From contig JAUWKS010000024.1 in NCBI GenBank assembly GCA_030614005.1, forward strand, positions 16,166 to 48,165: a stretch of DNA of 32,000 bases, given 5' to 3'. Below the pieces are notes generated by a model. It made no database searches. It was not told the origin of the DNA and worked only from the letters and a program-made list of their open reading frames with translations. The translations under genes and the position numbers were made by a program. The DNA comes from Candidatus Heimdallarchaeota archaeon. GTDB taxonomy: Archaea > Asgardarchaeota > Heimdallarchaeia > JABLTI01. Of the stretch, positions 9,612-19,831 are shown in pieces; positions within the stretch are counted from its first letter, which is position 1, and every line of letters begins with the position of its first letter.

Positions 9612-10424
9612 CTAATTAATATCAACTTTGACTCGTGATAGAATTTCATACATATCATCGACTTTCTTGTTGATACGCATCACGTTCTTCAGGACAATTG
9701 CTCTATTAGATCGGATAGGAGTTAGCACAAGTGTTCCAGAGCGGAAAATGAGTAATTCAATTAGATCAGGAAATTCTTTCACAATGGACATATCGGAAGC
9801 TGGAAATCGTTCAATGCCACCACCAAACCCTTTGTGATGTAATAATTCATTCCCTTCAACGATGTAATAGTTGAATAATGCACTTAGTAGCGTAAATACT
9901 AAGATAAAGAGTAACAATGCAGCTATTATATAGTAAACCCAATAGGAGAAATAGATACTCATCTCAATACCAGTTCCACTGCCACTTGTAAGAAAACCCG
10001 TGTAAGCATTTACAAGTAAGAGAACAGCAATCAAAGCAACAAACAAAATTGCAAGAATAATAGTTGTTGCACGATCAAAGTCGAATGCAATCAGAATAAG
10101 ATTTAGTGAAAAAATTACTAAGAATATAATACCAATTATATTCCCATACCCATTTCCTACACTTGCTTCGTCATAAGGCATAGCAATTGTTAAATCTAAA
10201 CTCATTTGAACAATCCCGCAAATAAGAGCAGTGATGAATGAAGGGATAAATAATATCATTGAGGAATAAGAGCGAATAATCATTCTATCTTTGTATTCCT
10301 TACCCGTATCATCTTCGGGATCAACTTGTTTATCTATATAAACTGTTTGAATTTTTACATGTTCATTGGAAGCATTAGTAGGTTTCATAGGAACTCCTTC
10401 ATTTTCAATTTCGGTTTCGGACAT
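9612..10424 (-). CDS. Hypothetical membrane protein (about 4 TM; possible bacterial-PH-like C-terminal domain)
   Basis: 270-aa ORF with acidic N-terminus, four hydrophobic stretches and a soluble C-terminus; GGTGA SD. Confidence 0.7.
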   Translation of the reverse strand: MSETEIENEGVPMKPTNASNEHVKIQTVYIDKQVDPEDDTGKEYKDRMIIRSYSSMILFIPSFITALICGIVQMSLDLTIAMPYDEASVGNGYGNIIGIIFLVIFSLNLILIAFDFDRATTIILAILFVALIAVLLLVNAYTGFLTSGSGTGIEMSIYFSYWVYYIIAALLLFILVFTLLSALFNYYIVEGNELLHHKGFGGGIERFPASDMSIVKEFPDLIELLIFRSGTLVLTPIRSNRAIVLKNVMRINKKVDDMYEILSRVKVDIN

Positions 10425-10448
10425 AGAATATCACCATACTGAAGAGTA

Positions 10449-10472
10449 AAGCTTTATGATAAAATAAAGCTT
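10449..10472. promoter_or_regulatory. Perfect 9-6-9 inverted repeat in a divergent promoter region
   Basis: AAGCTTTAT-GATAAA-ATAAAGCTT, 25 bp upstream of the 10424 start. Confidence 0.4.
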
Positions 10473-10586
10473 CTTATGGAAGAAACTAAGAGCAAAAAAA
10501 TTGTTTGTAGGCAAAAAGTCTAAAAAGATAGATATTTAACTTCAAACACCTAATAATTAGATAGGTAGAACCTTTTCAAAGGATCA

Positions 10587-11264
10587 ATGGAGATTTTAAT
10601 GTCACCACCCGATTACAAAAAATTATACGAAATCGTTTGTGATCTCTATTCTAACACAGAGCACTTCTATTATGGACAGTGGGATGAAACATTTTTTACC
10701 CTACGTGTTTTTGAGACTTGTAAAGATTTAATCAAAAAATCGAAAGCAAATGTTGAAAAAGAGGTAATTCTTACTGCAGCGATTTTCCATGATATTGGTA
10801 AAACTAAACTAAACACAGAAGAGAAAATCAAAAAAGAATGGGATGATCACCCGATTTATGGCGCTAAATTAACCCGTGAAATATTGTCTAAACAAGGTAA
10901 ATATGAAAATGGCTTTATAGAAAAAGTTGTTGACCTTGTAAAACATCACGATGACAGACCAGGCAAAGTAGATATGATTCGCTCAGATGAATTGAAAATC
11001 TTACAGGATGCAGATCTATTGGCAGATATGGGCATTGCTAGTTTTATCCGACCATTTCTCTATAGTGGAAAGAACAAACGAAGAACACTAGAAAATGTAA
11101 ATTATATCAAAACAGAGAGAAGAACAAACGGCGGAATATCGAAAGAAAACCTATATCGCTTAAATCTCAAATCATCAAAACGTTTTGCGAAAAAATTAAT
11201 GAAAGAAGCACAAAAATTAGACAATAAGATATTAAAAATGACACAATCAGAATTAGTGGAATAA
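10587..11264 (+). CDS. HD-domain metal-dependent phosphohydrolase
   Basis: AAIFHDIGKT, DHPIYGA, KHHD, LQDADLLADMG; the first His position reads FFTLRV. Confidence 0.85.
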   Translation: MEILMSPPDYKKLYEIVCDLYSNTEHFYYGQWDETFFTLRVFETCKDLIKKSKANVEKEVILTAAIFHDIGKTKLNTEEKIKKEWDDHPIYGAKLTREILSKQGKYENGFIEKVVDLVKHHDDRPGKVDMIRSDELKILQDADLLADMGIASFIRPFLYSGKNKRRTLENVNYIKTERRTNGGISKENLYRLNLKSSKRFAKKLMKEAQKLDNKILKMTQSELVE

Positions 11265-11398
11265 CATTATTGGCTTCTTTATAAATTTGCGCCGAAAACA
11301 TTTGAACTTCGCAGAGGAATCTATCAAATAAGTAAGTGTTCTATTTCTTTTTGAGCTTATCATTGAGAGTCTATGTAAGCGAAATTGCAAAGAAATTA

Positions 11399-12108
11399 TT
11401 AAGAACTCTTTATCAACCTAAAGAAAATGAAATGTGGATTAGCTAAAAGTTGTTCATATATTTCAGGGTTCTTTTCTTTTGCTTCTTTTATCGGCAGAGG
11501 TTCCAAAAGAATATCAACAAAGAATCCAGTCTTTCTGAATATTGCAAACATACTTGCCAATGTTCTATGATAATAACTAACAGGGTAAGTTTTTCCATTA
11601 ATAGTCCAAGATTCACTGTAAAGCTCCTTTTTGAAGTAATTAGGTTTATTGAACCAACGCCATCTGCATGAGGGTGATGTGTGGAAAAAACTACGTAACC
11701 ATTTTTCTTAAGAATACGACTGAATTCTGTGAATACAATCAACCAGTTACTGATATAATGAAGAACAAGTGAGGAAACAATAACATCAATAGAATTATCT
11801 GAAATGAAATCAAGAGGTTTGCTAAGATCAGCCACAAGAACCTGTGCTTTATCGCCTAATCGTTTTTTCGTACATTTGACCATTTCTTCACTGATGTCAC
11901 AAGCGATAACATTCGCACCTTGAGTCACTAACCACTCTGTTAAACTCCCAGAACCACAACCTGCATCTAACACTTTATTACCTTTAATATCTGGCATTAT
12001 TGCTTTTGTTGCAGGGCGCTCATACAAAGCATTATGCAAACTGGTTTCATTCTTTTGAGCATAAAGCTCTGCCATATCATCATACTGTTTTGATGGATTA
12101 GCATTCAT
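11399..12108 (-). pseudogene. Class I SAM-dependent methyltransferase with a 1-nt frameshift near 11662
   Basis: VLDAGCGSG, DISEEM, SSLVLHY, FSTHHP. Restoring one base (GAT GG -> GAT TGG) gives a natural continuation DWRWFNKPNYFKKELYSESW...YHRTLASMF...GFFVDILLEPLP...IKSS, stop at 11399 (236 aa). Confidence 0.8.
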
Positions 12109-12220
12109 AATTTTTATTATTACTTCAAGGATTAAAAACTGTTTATATTATAAATGCGATTTACTGAGTAATTAACAAAGGTTCATATTTAAGTTTAGAA
12201 AAATAGGATAGTGTTAGAGA

Positions 12221-13744
12221 GTGAGTGATATGAGTTACGTAGAAAAATCTGTTTACAGGTATTTGAAAAATATTGTTACCTCTGGTTTTAAAGCGCTGTT
12301 TACAAAGAAATTTTTGATTTATACAATCTTTTTCTTAGTCATTATTGCAACAACAACAATAACAGCCATAATCACAAAATCTCCTACGCCAACTATCTTT
12401 GGCGTTCCTTCTGCTGATATGATCAATTACCTTTTCTATTTTGAATTAGCATTTGCTTTATCGTATATTCTTGTCGGGTTTGCATTAGCTAAAACACCCA
12501 CATTTATGCACGTATTATTGGTAATTTTATTTGCAAGTGGAATTACAACAGGCTTTATTTTACTTAATAATATTGTAATTGCCTTGATTATTTGTTCTGT
12601 GTTATACGGTCTTTGGATGTTTATCACTGTAGTTTCATCATATTCTTTTAGCAAGAATTTACTTGGAAGTAGAGTAACTGGTAGTATTCTATTTATGGGT
12701 AAAAAAGAAGGAGGAAATTCATTATTCAGTGGGATACTTACTCCACTCATCATTGCCTGTATCGGATTGAACGGATATCTTCTATATCAAGGAATAATTT
12801 TAACTTCTTGGCTCTATATTTCTACAAGCGCAATTGGTATCTTAATGGGTGGATTTTTACTATTAGTTATTTGGCGATTAGCAAGAAAAGATGATGTTTT
12901 TTACACCATTCTACCATTCTTTTATCTAATGACGAACACTCGTGCAATACAATTAGTTATTCGACTTGTTAAAGGAGACACCAACTATGTTGCTTGGGTT
13001 AGTATTCTAATTTCAGCGTTTTTCTTGTTAAACACTATCTCCAAATATTATCGGAAAGTAAAGAAATTGGATGCAGATTTTCTACCAAGAGAAACAACAG
13101 AGAAAACAATCGATGTTACAACACCAGATGCTACCAATCAAAATGAAACTCAGGAAGAAGTGAAAGAGGAATTCTACATTAGTGACGTGTTTAAATTTAT
13201 TTCCGATAGGGGAGTAGTTATGATGATATTGGGATTTGCACTAGCTTATCATAATATGGTTCTACAAATAGTATTTAACACCGATAATATCGAACAAATT
13301 CTCTTTTTCGATCAAGTAGGGGTTGTTCAAATTGGTCATAGCATTACAATGATTTTTGCTGCTTTAGTTGTTATTTTCAGTGTTATACTCTATTCTTCAA
13401 GTAGTAAATTCAAAAGCTATACTTCACCACATATCTATCGCTTGAACTTTCTTCCACCATATGAAGATGTTGAAAAATTTGTCATTGATGCTAAAGCCGG
13501 TAGAATTAATTGGAAGATTTTTGCTCGAGATGCTACTGTTACTCTCGCAAAAAAGGGATTGAGCGCTTCTACAGAAATTGGTGTTTCAGTTAAAGAGCAA
13601 TCTATTGATCTTGCTAAAAAAGGAATGGACGTTGTAAAAACAAAGACTTATTCAGTTGTTGAGAGATTGCGAAACAAAATAAGTGGTGCAGTAGTAGAGG
13701 ACTCAGAAGAAATTATTGTTGAAGAAGCAGATGATGATTTCTAA
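12221..13744 (+). CDS. Hypothetical polytopic membrane protein
   Basis: 507-aa ORF with roughly a dozen hydrophobic segments, an acidic cytoplasmic loop and an acidic tail; no family recognised. Confidence 0.75.
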   Translation: MSDMSYVEKSVYRYLKNIVTSGFKALFTKKFLIYTIFFLVIIATTTITAIITKSPTPTIFGVPSADMINYLFYFELAFALSYILVGFALAKTPTFMHVLLVILFASGITTGFILLNNIVIALIICSVLYGLWMFITVVSSYSFSKNLLGSRVTGSILFMGKKEGGNSLFSGILTPLIIACIGLNGYLLYQGIILTSWLYISTSAIGILMGGFLLLVIWRLARKDDVFYTILPFFYLMTNTRAIQLVIRLVKGDTNYVAWVSILISAFFLLNTISKYYRKVKKLDADFLPRETTEKTIDVTTPDATNQNETQEEVKEEFYISDVFKFISDRGVVMMILGFALAYHNMVLQIVFNTDNIEQILFFDQVGVVQIGHSITMIFAALVVIFSVILYSSSSKFKSYTSPHIYRLNFLPPYEDVEKFVIDAKAGRINWKIFARDATVTLAKKGLSASTEIGVSVKEQSIDLAKKGMDVVKTKTYSVVERLRNKISGAVVEDSEEIIVEEADDDF

Positions 13745-13751
13745 CGCCTAA

Positions 13752-13778
13752 TTTGAGGTGTTTTAAGAGCACCTCAAA
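13752..13778 (+). terminator. Hairpin immediately after the stop of 12221..13744
   Basis: TTTGAGGTG-TTTTAAGAG-CACCTCAAA, 9-bp perfect stem. Confidence 0.45.
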
Positions 13779-13942
13779 AAAATTTCATTTTAGAACAACG
13801 AAATTTTGAAACTAGAGTAATTATAGTGAAATAAAAAAATAGTCGATTTTATGACTTGAATTTCCCAAATACATCATTTTATATATTGAAGACTTGACTT
13901 TTGTTTTATTGTTATTGTAAAAAAAAATAGGCTATTGAAATA

Positions 13943-14299
13943 ATGTCAATCAAAGATGAGCTAACTAATAGAAATCTCGAAGAAATTGTTCGTAATGCAA
14001 ACTCTCGTTCGGGAGCATGTATTTCTGTAGAAGATTGTATTCAAAAGTTGGATTTACAAACCGCAAAAGAAGCATTGGATGAATTCAAAACAATACTAAA
14101 AACTGAAACATTAGATATAGAAATATTACAAGATACAATAGCTTTATTATAGATCTTTCATGATTTAGGCAAAATCACTTTTCCAAGTCAAGATTATGGC
14201 ATTGCATTGTCAGTGCAAAATATTGCATTAATAAATCAGAAAGAGCTAGCTACGAAATTATTGCTCTTCCTTGAAAGAAATATTACGATTATCGAGTAA
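13943..14299 (+). pseudogene. Hypothetical 118-aa protein interrupted by an in-frame TAG at 14150-14152
   Basis: The 69-aa ORF continues in frame after TAG for 48 sense codons (IFHDLGKITFPSQDYG...ITIIE) to TAA at 14297-14299. Confidence 0.45.
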
Positions 14300-14422
14300 A
14301 AGCATTGTTAAGATTTGTTAATTGCAATTCAAATTAAAAATGAAAAAGAAAGAAAGAAAATTTATTAGAATATTTTATAAAGCAAGTAAAAGCTGCATAT
14401 AATTACTTTCGGAATTGATTGT

Positions 14423-14833
14423 ATGTCTTCAAATGTATCAATTAAAACGTTGGATGATTTCGGTTTCCTTTTTTGTTTAATAGGTGGAATTTTAACAGTT
14501 GTAATGGGATTAATGTCATTTATTATTGCAATTGCAGGCGAAAAAATCAGTTGGTTTTTAGGTGCTGGTTTTATTGGACTTGCAAATGTCATTGCTGGTT
14601 CAATAGTTTCGATGATTTTTGGTGCACTTGCTGTAGTAATAGGCTTGAAATTATTTTTAGCGAAAATCTACGAATTTATTACTAAATTTGATTTAATTAT
14701 TACTGCCATTGTAATGATAGTTATTGGCATCATTGTCTTTGGTATTAGTGGATTAATTATATTAGTTGCAGGCATACTCGTACTAGTTTATAGGTTACTA
14801 CCAGATGGAGCTGCCAATCCAAATGGCAGATAA
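14423..14833 (+). CDS. Small hypothetical membrane protein (about 4 TM)
   Basis: 136-aa Gly/Ile-rich hydrophobic ORF. Confidence 0.7.
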   Translation: MSSNVSIKTLDDFGFLFCLIGGILTVVMGLMSFIIAIAGEKISWFLGAGFIGLANVIAGSIVSMIFGALAVVIGLKLFLAKIYEFITKFDLIITAIVMIVIGIIVFGISGLIILVAGILVLVYRLLPDGAANPNGR

Positions 14834-14922
14834 CAACGACAAATCCTAATTGAGTAATATAAAAAAAATGTAAGAAACATAGGATTGTCAAAAAAAATTG
14901 ACCAATAAAGCAATGAAATAGG

Positions 14923-16734
14923 TTATTTTGAAAAAGCTTCACTCATTTCTGAAATCCATTCAGCAGATTGATGTTTAAAGTAGGTTTCATAAAGTTCAGA
15001 ATAAAGCCCTTTTTCGTTCATTAGACTATCGTGGTCTCCTTGTTCTACAAGCTCACCGTGATCAAGGACAAGAATCCTATCAGAGTTTTTGATAGTAGTT
15101 AAACGATGAGCAATAACAATTGATGTTCTATTAGAGAGGAGTTTTTCAAGAGCATCTTGAATCTTGGATTCAGTATATGCATCAACAGCAGCAGTTGCTT
15201 CATCTAAAATTAGTATTTTTGGATTGGTCAATAATGTTCGCGCGAAAGAAACCATCTGCCTTTGACCTGCAGATAGACCTTTACCACGCTCACCAAGAAT
15301 GGTTTCTAAACCATTGGGTAAAGCATCAATAAATTCTTGGGCAGAAACTATGCGTAGAACTTCCACAATTTCCTCTATTGTTGCATCAGGTTTACTATAG
15401 CGAATATTATCAAGGACCGTACCACTGAAAAGAAAAACATCCTGACTTACTAAACCAATTTGTGATCTAAGATTTTGGATATCATAAGCTCGTAAATCAA
15501 CACCATCAATTTTAATGGAGCCTTCATTGATATCATAAAACCTCATTAGTAATGACGCGATAGTTGTTTTGCCAGCCCCAGTGTGTCCAACGATTGCTAT
15601 AGACTCACCAGATTTTATATCTAGATTAATATTCTTTAATACAGGCGTGCCTTCTACGTAATATTGATGTACGTTCTCAAAAGTAATTTGACCGTCAATT
15701 TCTTTGACTATTGGATTCTCTGGATTTTTCACAGTTATTTCTGCGTCGATAATACTGAAGATTCGCTCCATAGCAGCAAAACCACTTTGTATAGTAGATA
15801 TTTGTGCTGCAACACGCATCAGTGGATAGAGAAATCTATTCAGCAGAAATATGAAGAGCAGTATGGTGGAGCTTGATGCAAGGTTTTCGAAAAACAACCA
15901 GCTACCAAATAGATTGATGCCAAATACTCCAAGAATACTTATTCCATCCATCACGGGCCAAATACCTGTTATTGCAAATGCTCTTTTTCTTGCAAGTTGA
16001 AATGTTGTATCATTTATTACTTCGAATTCTTCTTTCGATTTTTCTTCACGACCAAATGCTTTCGCAACTGATATTCCTGATACGCTTTCTTGGAATGAAG
16101 CATTTACTTCGCCAATTGCAGCACGCCATTTTCCACTTGTTTGTCTAATTACTCGTCTAAATAGAAGACCAACTAAGAAAACAATTGGACCCATACCCAA
16201 TGTTACTAGAGCCAATCGCCAATTAACGTAAAACATAACACCTAGAACTGAAAAAACTATCACAAAATTCGAGATGAAGTTAGCAACCACATTAATCATT
16301 TCGTTAAGTTCTTGCGAATCATTTGTCAATCTAGACATTATTTTACCAGTGGCTTGTCTATCAAAGAAGCTTAAATCATGTTCTTGCAAGCTTTGGTAAG
16401 TTTCCATCTGGATTCTTTTTATTATTTTTTGAGTAACAATGGTAACTATAATTGATTGCACCACTTGTAAACCCCATAACAGTATTGATAGACCAACATA
16501 GGTTATGGCATATGGTGCAACGACAGTCCACTCTTCACCCTGCTCCAGTCGATCATACGCCCATCGAATCATCATTGGAGGCAGAATGCTAACACCTGCA
16601 ATTATTAAAATACCAATAATAATGAGCAATAATTGTGATTTGTAAGCTGATAAATATTTCCAGAATCTTCTAAGAAGTTCTTTATCAGTATATACTCTAT
16701 CATAATCTTCTTTGTAGCTTCTAGATTCTGCCAA
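14923..16734 (-). CDS. ABC exporter fused permease/ATPase, subunit B of a heterodimer (MdlB/TM288-like)
   Basis: TMD plus GHTGAGKT, LSAGQRQ, ILILDEAT, AHRL. Start reassigned to TTG 16734 (GGAGG SD; 1 nt after the partner's stop). Confidence 0.92.
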   Translation of the reverse strand: MAESRSYKEDYDRVYTDKELLRRFWKYLSAYKSQLLLIIIGILIIAGVSILPPMMIRWAYDRLEQGEEWTVVAPYAITYVGLSILLWGLQVVQSIIVTIVTQKIIKRIQMETYQSLQEHDLSFFDRQATGKIMSRLTNDSQELNEMINVVANFISNFVIVFSVLGVMFYVNWRLALVTLGMGPIVFLVGLLFRRVIRQTSGKWRAAIGEVNASFQESVSGISVAKAFGREEKSKEEFEVINDTTFQLARKRAFAITGIWPVMDGISILGVFGINLFGSWLFFENLASSSTILLFIFLLNRFLYPLMRVAAQISTIQSGFAAMERIFSIIDAEITVKNPENPIVKEIDGQITFENVHQYYVEGTPVLKNINLDIKSGESIAIVGHTGAGKTTIASLLMRFYDINEGSIKIDGVDLRAYDIQNLRSQIGLVSQDVFLFSGTVLDNIRYSKPDATIEEIVEVLRIVSAQEFIDALPNGLETILGERGKGLSAGQRQMVSFARTLLTNPKILILDEATAAVDAYTESKIQDALEKLLSNRTSIVIAHRLTTIKNSDRILVLDHGELVEQGDHDSLMNEKGLYSELYETYFKHQSAEWISEMSEAFSK

Positions 16735-16735
16735 T

Positions 16736-18490
16736 TTATATGCCCTCCATTTTTTCCATCGGGGGTAACTCCGAAAATCGCTCAAATAACCGCCTATAGT
16801 CAATATTTCGTAGAATGAGCTCTGAGTGAGTTCCATTATCCATGAGAGAACCATTTCGCAAGACGATAATTATATCAGCATTTTTTATCGTTGCCAGTCT
16901 ATGAGTAATAATAAACGTGGTTCTATCCTTCAAAACATTTGCAATTGCAGTTTGAATTTTCCGTTCTGTTTCGGCATCAATCGCGCTACTTGCATCATCT
17001 AAAATTAGAATTGCAGGATTAACGAGGAGTGCTCTAGCGATGGCTACTCTCTGTTTTTGACCTCCAGAAAGTGTGACGCCACGCTCACCTACAATGGTAT
17101 CATACTTGTTTTCGAAAGCCATTATGAACTCATGAGCTTGAGCCATCGTTGCTGCGTGTTCAATTTCCTCTTGGGTTGCATGAGGGTTACCATAAGCAAT
17201 GTTGTCTCGAATAGTCTTACTAAATAGAAAAACTTCTTGCTCAATAACACCAATATTATCTCTGAGATTAGCAATATTTATGTCTCGAATATTTATATCA
17301 TCAACGTAGATAGTTCCACTAGTAGGATCATATAATCTCATTAAAAGCTTAATCAAAGTAGTTTTACCCGAACCGGGATTCCCAATAATTGCTACTGTTG
17401 CTCCACCAGCAACATTGAAATTGATGTTATTTAATGCATTGTTTCTGCTACTTTTGTCCGTATACGAGAAAGAAACATTTTCGAATTTAATGTCACCGAA
17501 TCGGTTTTGCCATTCTTGAGGAAACACTGGTTCTGGCACATATTCTTCTCGTTCTTTCATTTCGTAAATCCGTTTTGATGCAGCCATACCAATCTGAAAT
17601 TGAGTAATGGTCCATCCAACTTGCCATGTAGGCATCATTAAAGTCATCATCAACATAACAAAAGTAATAAGATCAGCTAAGACCATATTGCCAACTGATA
17701 CTTCATAAGCACCCCATAAGAAACTAACAGCAGTAATAATAATGGTAATAATAATTGCATAATATCTTGCGCCGATTATACCTCTTCGAGTGTTTATTTC
17801 TCTTAACTTTTCAGTTTCTTTATCAAACGCAGAAATTTCTTCTGCTTCCTTCACAAAGGCACGAGCAACACGTATACCTGTTATACTTTCTTGCAATCGA
17901 GAATTCATAAGACTGTTTTGCTCCACTTGTGCTTTTGAAATGGGTCTCAATTTTCGATTATATTCCCAAATGGCAAGTATATAAAATGGTAAAGCACCAG
18001 CAATTAGGAGGGTTAATTTTGGATTAATCCAAATCATCAAAGAAACTGAAAAAGTAATGGTGAAGAATGCTTCAAAGAGAAATTTTAATCCAGGGGAAAT
18101 AAAAATATTCATCTGCCGTGTGTCATAAGTCGCTCGAGCCATGACATCACCAACTTTTATCCTATCATGAAATTCTTGGCTCTTTTCTAACATATCATCA
18201 TAGAATTCTTCTGTAACATTTTTTGTTACTTTATGAGCAATCAATTCATTAGTATAACTTTGAACGTAATCACCCACAGTGCGTATCACTCCAGCTATTA
18301 CAATATAAAGTGATGTTAGAAGTATCGGCTGAAAGGCTCCATCAGGTTTAGCTAATTCAGCAAAAACATCACCAATTAATAATGGAGTAATGGAAACCGT
18401 GGCAATATACAATATTAAAAAAAACAGCATTACTAGAAACAGTAACTTTTCTTTAAAGATATGTTTTACAAACCATTTTTTGTAGCCCAT
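16736..18490 (-). CDS. ABC exporter fused permease/ATPase, subunit A of a heterodimer (MdlA/TM287-like, degenerate Walker B)
   Basis: TMD plus GNPGSGKT, LSGGQKQR, ILILDDAS (catalytic Glu replaced by Asp), THRL. Confidence 0.92.
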   Translation of the reverse strand: MGYKKWFVKHIFKEKLLFLVMLFFLILYIATVSITPLLIGDVFAELAKPDGAFQPILLTSLYIVIAGVIRTVGDYVQSYTNELIAHKVTKNVTEEFYDDMLEKSQEFHDRIKVGDVMARATYDTRQMNIFISPGLKFLFEAFFTITFSVSLMIWINPKLTLLIAGALPFYILAIWEYNRKLRPISKAQVEQNSLMNSRLQESITGIRVARAFVKEAEEISAFDKETEKLREINTRRGIIGARYYAIIITIIITAVSFLWGAYEVSVGNMVLADLITFVMLMMTLMMPTWQVGWTITQFQIGMAASKRIYEMKEREEYVPEPVFPQEWQNRFGDIKFENVSFSYTDKSSRNNALNNINFNVAGGATVAIIGNPGSGKTTLIKLLMRLYDPTSGTIYVDDINIRDINIANLRDNIGVIEQEVFLFSKTIRDNIAYGNPHATQEEIEHAATMAQAHEFIMAFENKYDTIVGERGVTLSGGQKQRVAIARALLVNPAILILDDASSAIDAETERKIQTAIANVLKDRTTFIITHRLATIKNADIIIVLRNGSLMDNGTHSELILRNIDYRRLFERFSELPPMEKMEGI

Positions 18491-18599
18491 TGTTCATACC
18501 CAAGTCTTCAAAAGTTTTTAAACGCTCAATACATATTGAAGCATTATGTAGGTCTTTTTTATACTTTACGTTTAAACTATTAAATAGAAAAAACAACTC

Positions 18600-19493
18600 T
18601 CACTTCATCAACCAATTTTTATCAAATTCGCCAATATAACAGAGACAAACTGATTTTGGGCCTGAAATAACACAACAAATATTTCCAGCTTCGTACAAAT
18701 GAATGTTTCTACTTTGAGTATTAACTTTTTGTATTTCATCAAAAATTTCCTGTGCTAAACCTTGATTTCTAACATGATAAAGAAATACTTCATTTATTTC
18801 AGTATGCTCAAGAATTTTTTTACCATATCTCGCCATCTGAGTAACAACATTCTTTTCCCCTTTAATAACACCAAGTGGAATTACAATGCCATCTTCAAAC
18901 GAAACAACAGGAGACATGTTAAAAGCTGAAGCCAATATTTTTTTGGCGCGACCAATGCGACCTTGTTTATATAAATAATTGAGATCCTTAAGTACAAAAA
19001 CATTGTTAACTCTTGGTTGGATGTAAGTTAATCTTTCAAGAATCTCTTTTTTTGTTTTTCCTTCTTTTGCCATTCTTGCTGCTTCTAATACTTGTATTCC
19101 TATACCCATCATAGCTTGTTTAGAATCAAAGATAGTAATATCCTTACCAGGAAAATGATTTTGAACAATCTTTTGAGCGCTTTCAACGGTGGCAGATAAT
19201 TTTGCTCCAACAAAAATAGCAATAACTGAATCTGAGATACTTAGAGCTTTTTCAAAGGCTTCAACAAAAAGACCTGGTGAAGGGACAGAAGAAGATGGAA
19301 GGTATTCTTTAGATATTTTTTCAAGTTTAATATGGAAATCTTCAGTTGAAATCTCACATTTATCTCTGCCCCAAAGCTTGTAGATTTCACTACCAAAAAT
19401 AATTCTAAGAGGAACAACAGAGATATCATATTTTTTGATTATTTCATCCGAAAGATCGCTTGATCCATCGGTAACAATAGCTACTTTAGACAT
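18600..19493 (-). CDS. degV: DegV/FakB family fatty-acid-binding protein
   Basis: AIVTDGSSDL, SSSVPSPG, LSATVESA, DSKQAMMGIG, LNYLYKQGRIG, C-terminal VISGPKSV. Confidence 0.88.
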   Translation of the reverse strand: MSKVAIVTDGSSDLSDEIIKKYDISVVPLRIIFGSEIYKLWGRDKCEISTEDFHIKLEKISKEYLPSSSVPSPGLFVEAFEKALSISDSVIAIFVGAKLSATVESAQKIVQNHFPGKDITIFDSKQAMMGIGIQVLEAARMAKEGKTKKEILERLTYIQPRVNNVFVLKDLNYLYKQGRIGRAKKILASAFNMSPVVSFEDGIVIPLGVIKGEKNVVTQMARYGKKILEHTEINEVFLYHVRNQGLAQEIFDEIQKVNTQSRNIHLYEAGNICCVISGPKSVCLCYIGEFDKNWLMK

Positions 19494-19736
19494 TGAGTAA
19501 TAAACTCCTAATAGATAGAATAGTTAGTAATTAATTAAATAATAGTAAAGGAGATTTATATTTTATTTGGTTTACTTGTTTTTCAAAAAATCTGGCGACA
19601 GAAGTAACAGAAAAAGATGAAAAGGAATTTAGAGAAGAAATAAAAGACTTCACTAACTCTAAAACCAACAAAAAATTATCAGAAAAAACAAAGAATGAAC
19701 AATAGGATATAGAAAACATAAACGAAGAAAAGGAAA

Positions 19737-19770
19737 TGGTGGCTGAGGCGGAATTCGAATCCGCAATCAC
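19737..19770 (-). repeat. tRNA 3'-end repeat R1
   Basis: TGGTGGCTGAGGCGGAATTCGAATCCGCAATCAC; 2 mismatches to consensus TGGTGGCCGAGGCGGAATTCGAATCCGCGATCAC. Confidence 0.92.
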
Positions 19771-19831
19771 TAAAATATTTATACTTTATTTAATCCAATA
19801 ATCGCTCTAATATTTCTACAACACTAAATTC

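Noticed and set aside
16735-16854. N-terminal extension of the ABC subunit B ORF
   Set aside because: It overlaps the upstream gene by 119 nt; a TTG at 16734 with a GGAGG SD gives normal coupling.
14923-18490. Degenerate Walker B (LDD) in one ABC subunit as a pseudogene or novelty
   Set aside because: This is the normal asymmetric site of heterodimeric ABC exporters.
19535-19801. E/K-rich plus-strand frame reading through R1 (and ORF 24073..24282 through R5) as an SSV1-type partitioned integrase N-fragment
   Set aside because: The frame matches the antisense-tRNA register used by such integrases, but there is no start codon, there is an internal TAG at 19703, the composition is explained by the A-rich tract, and no intC fragment with R-H-R-Y residues follows any repeat.
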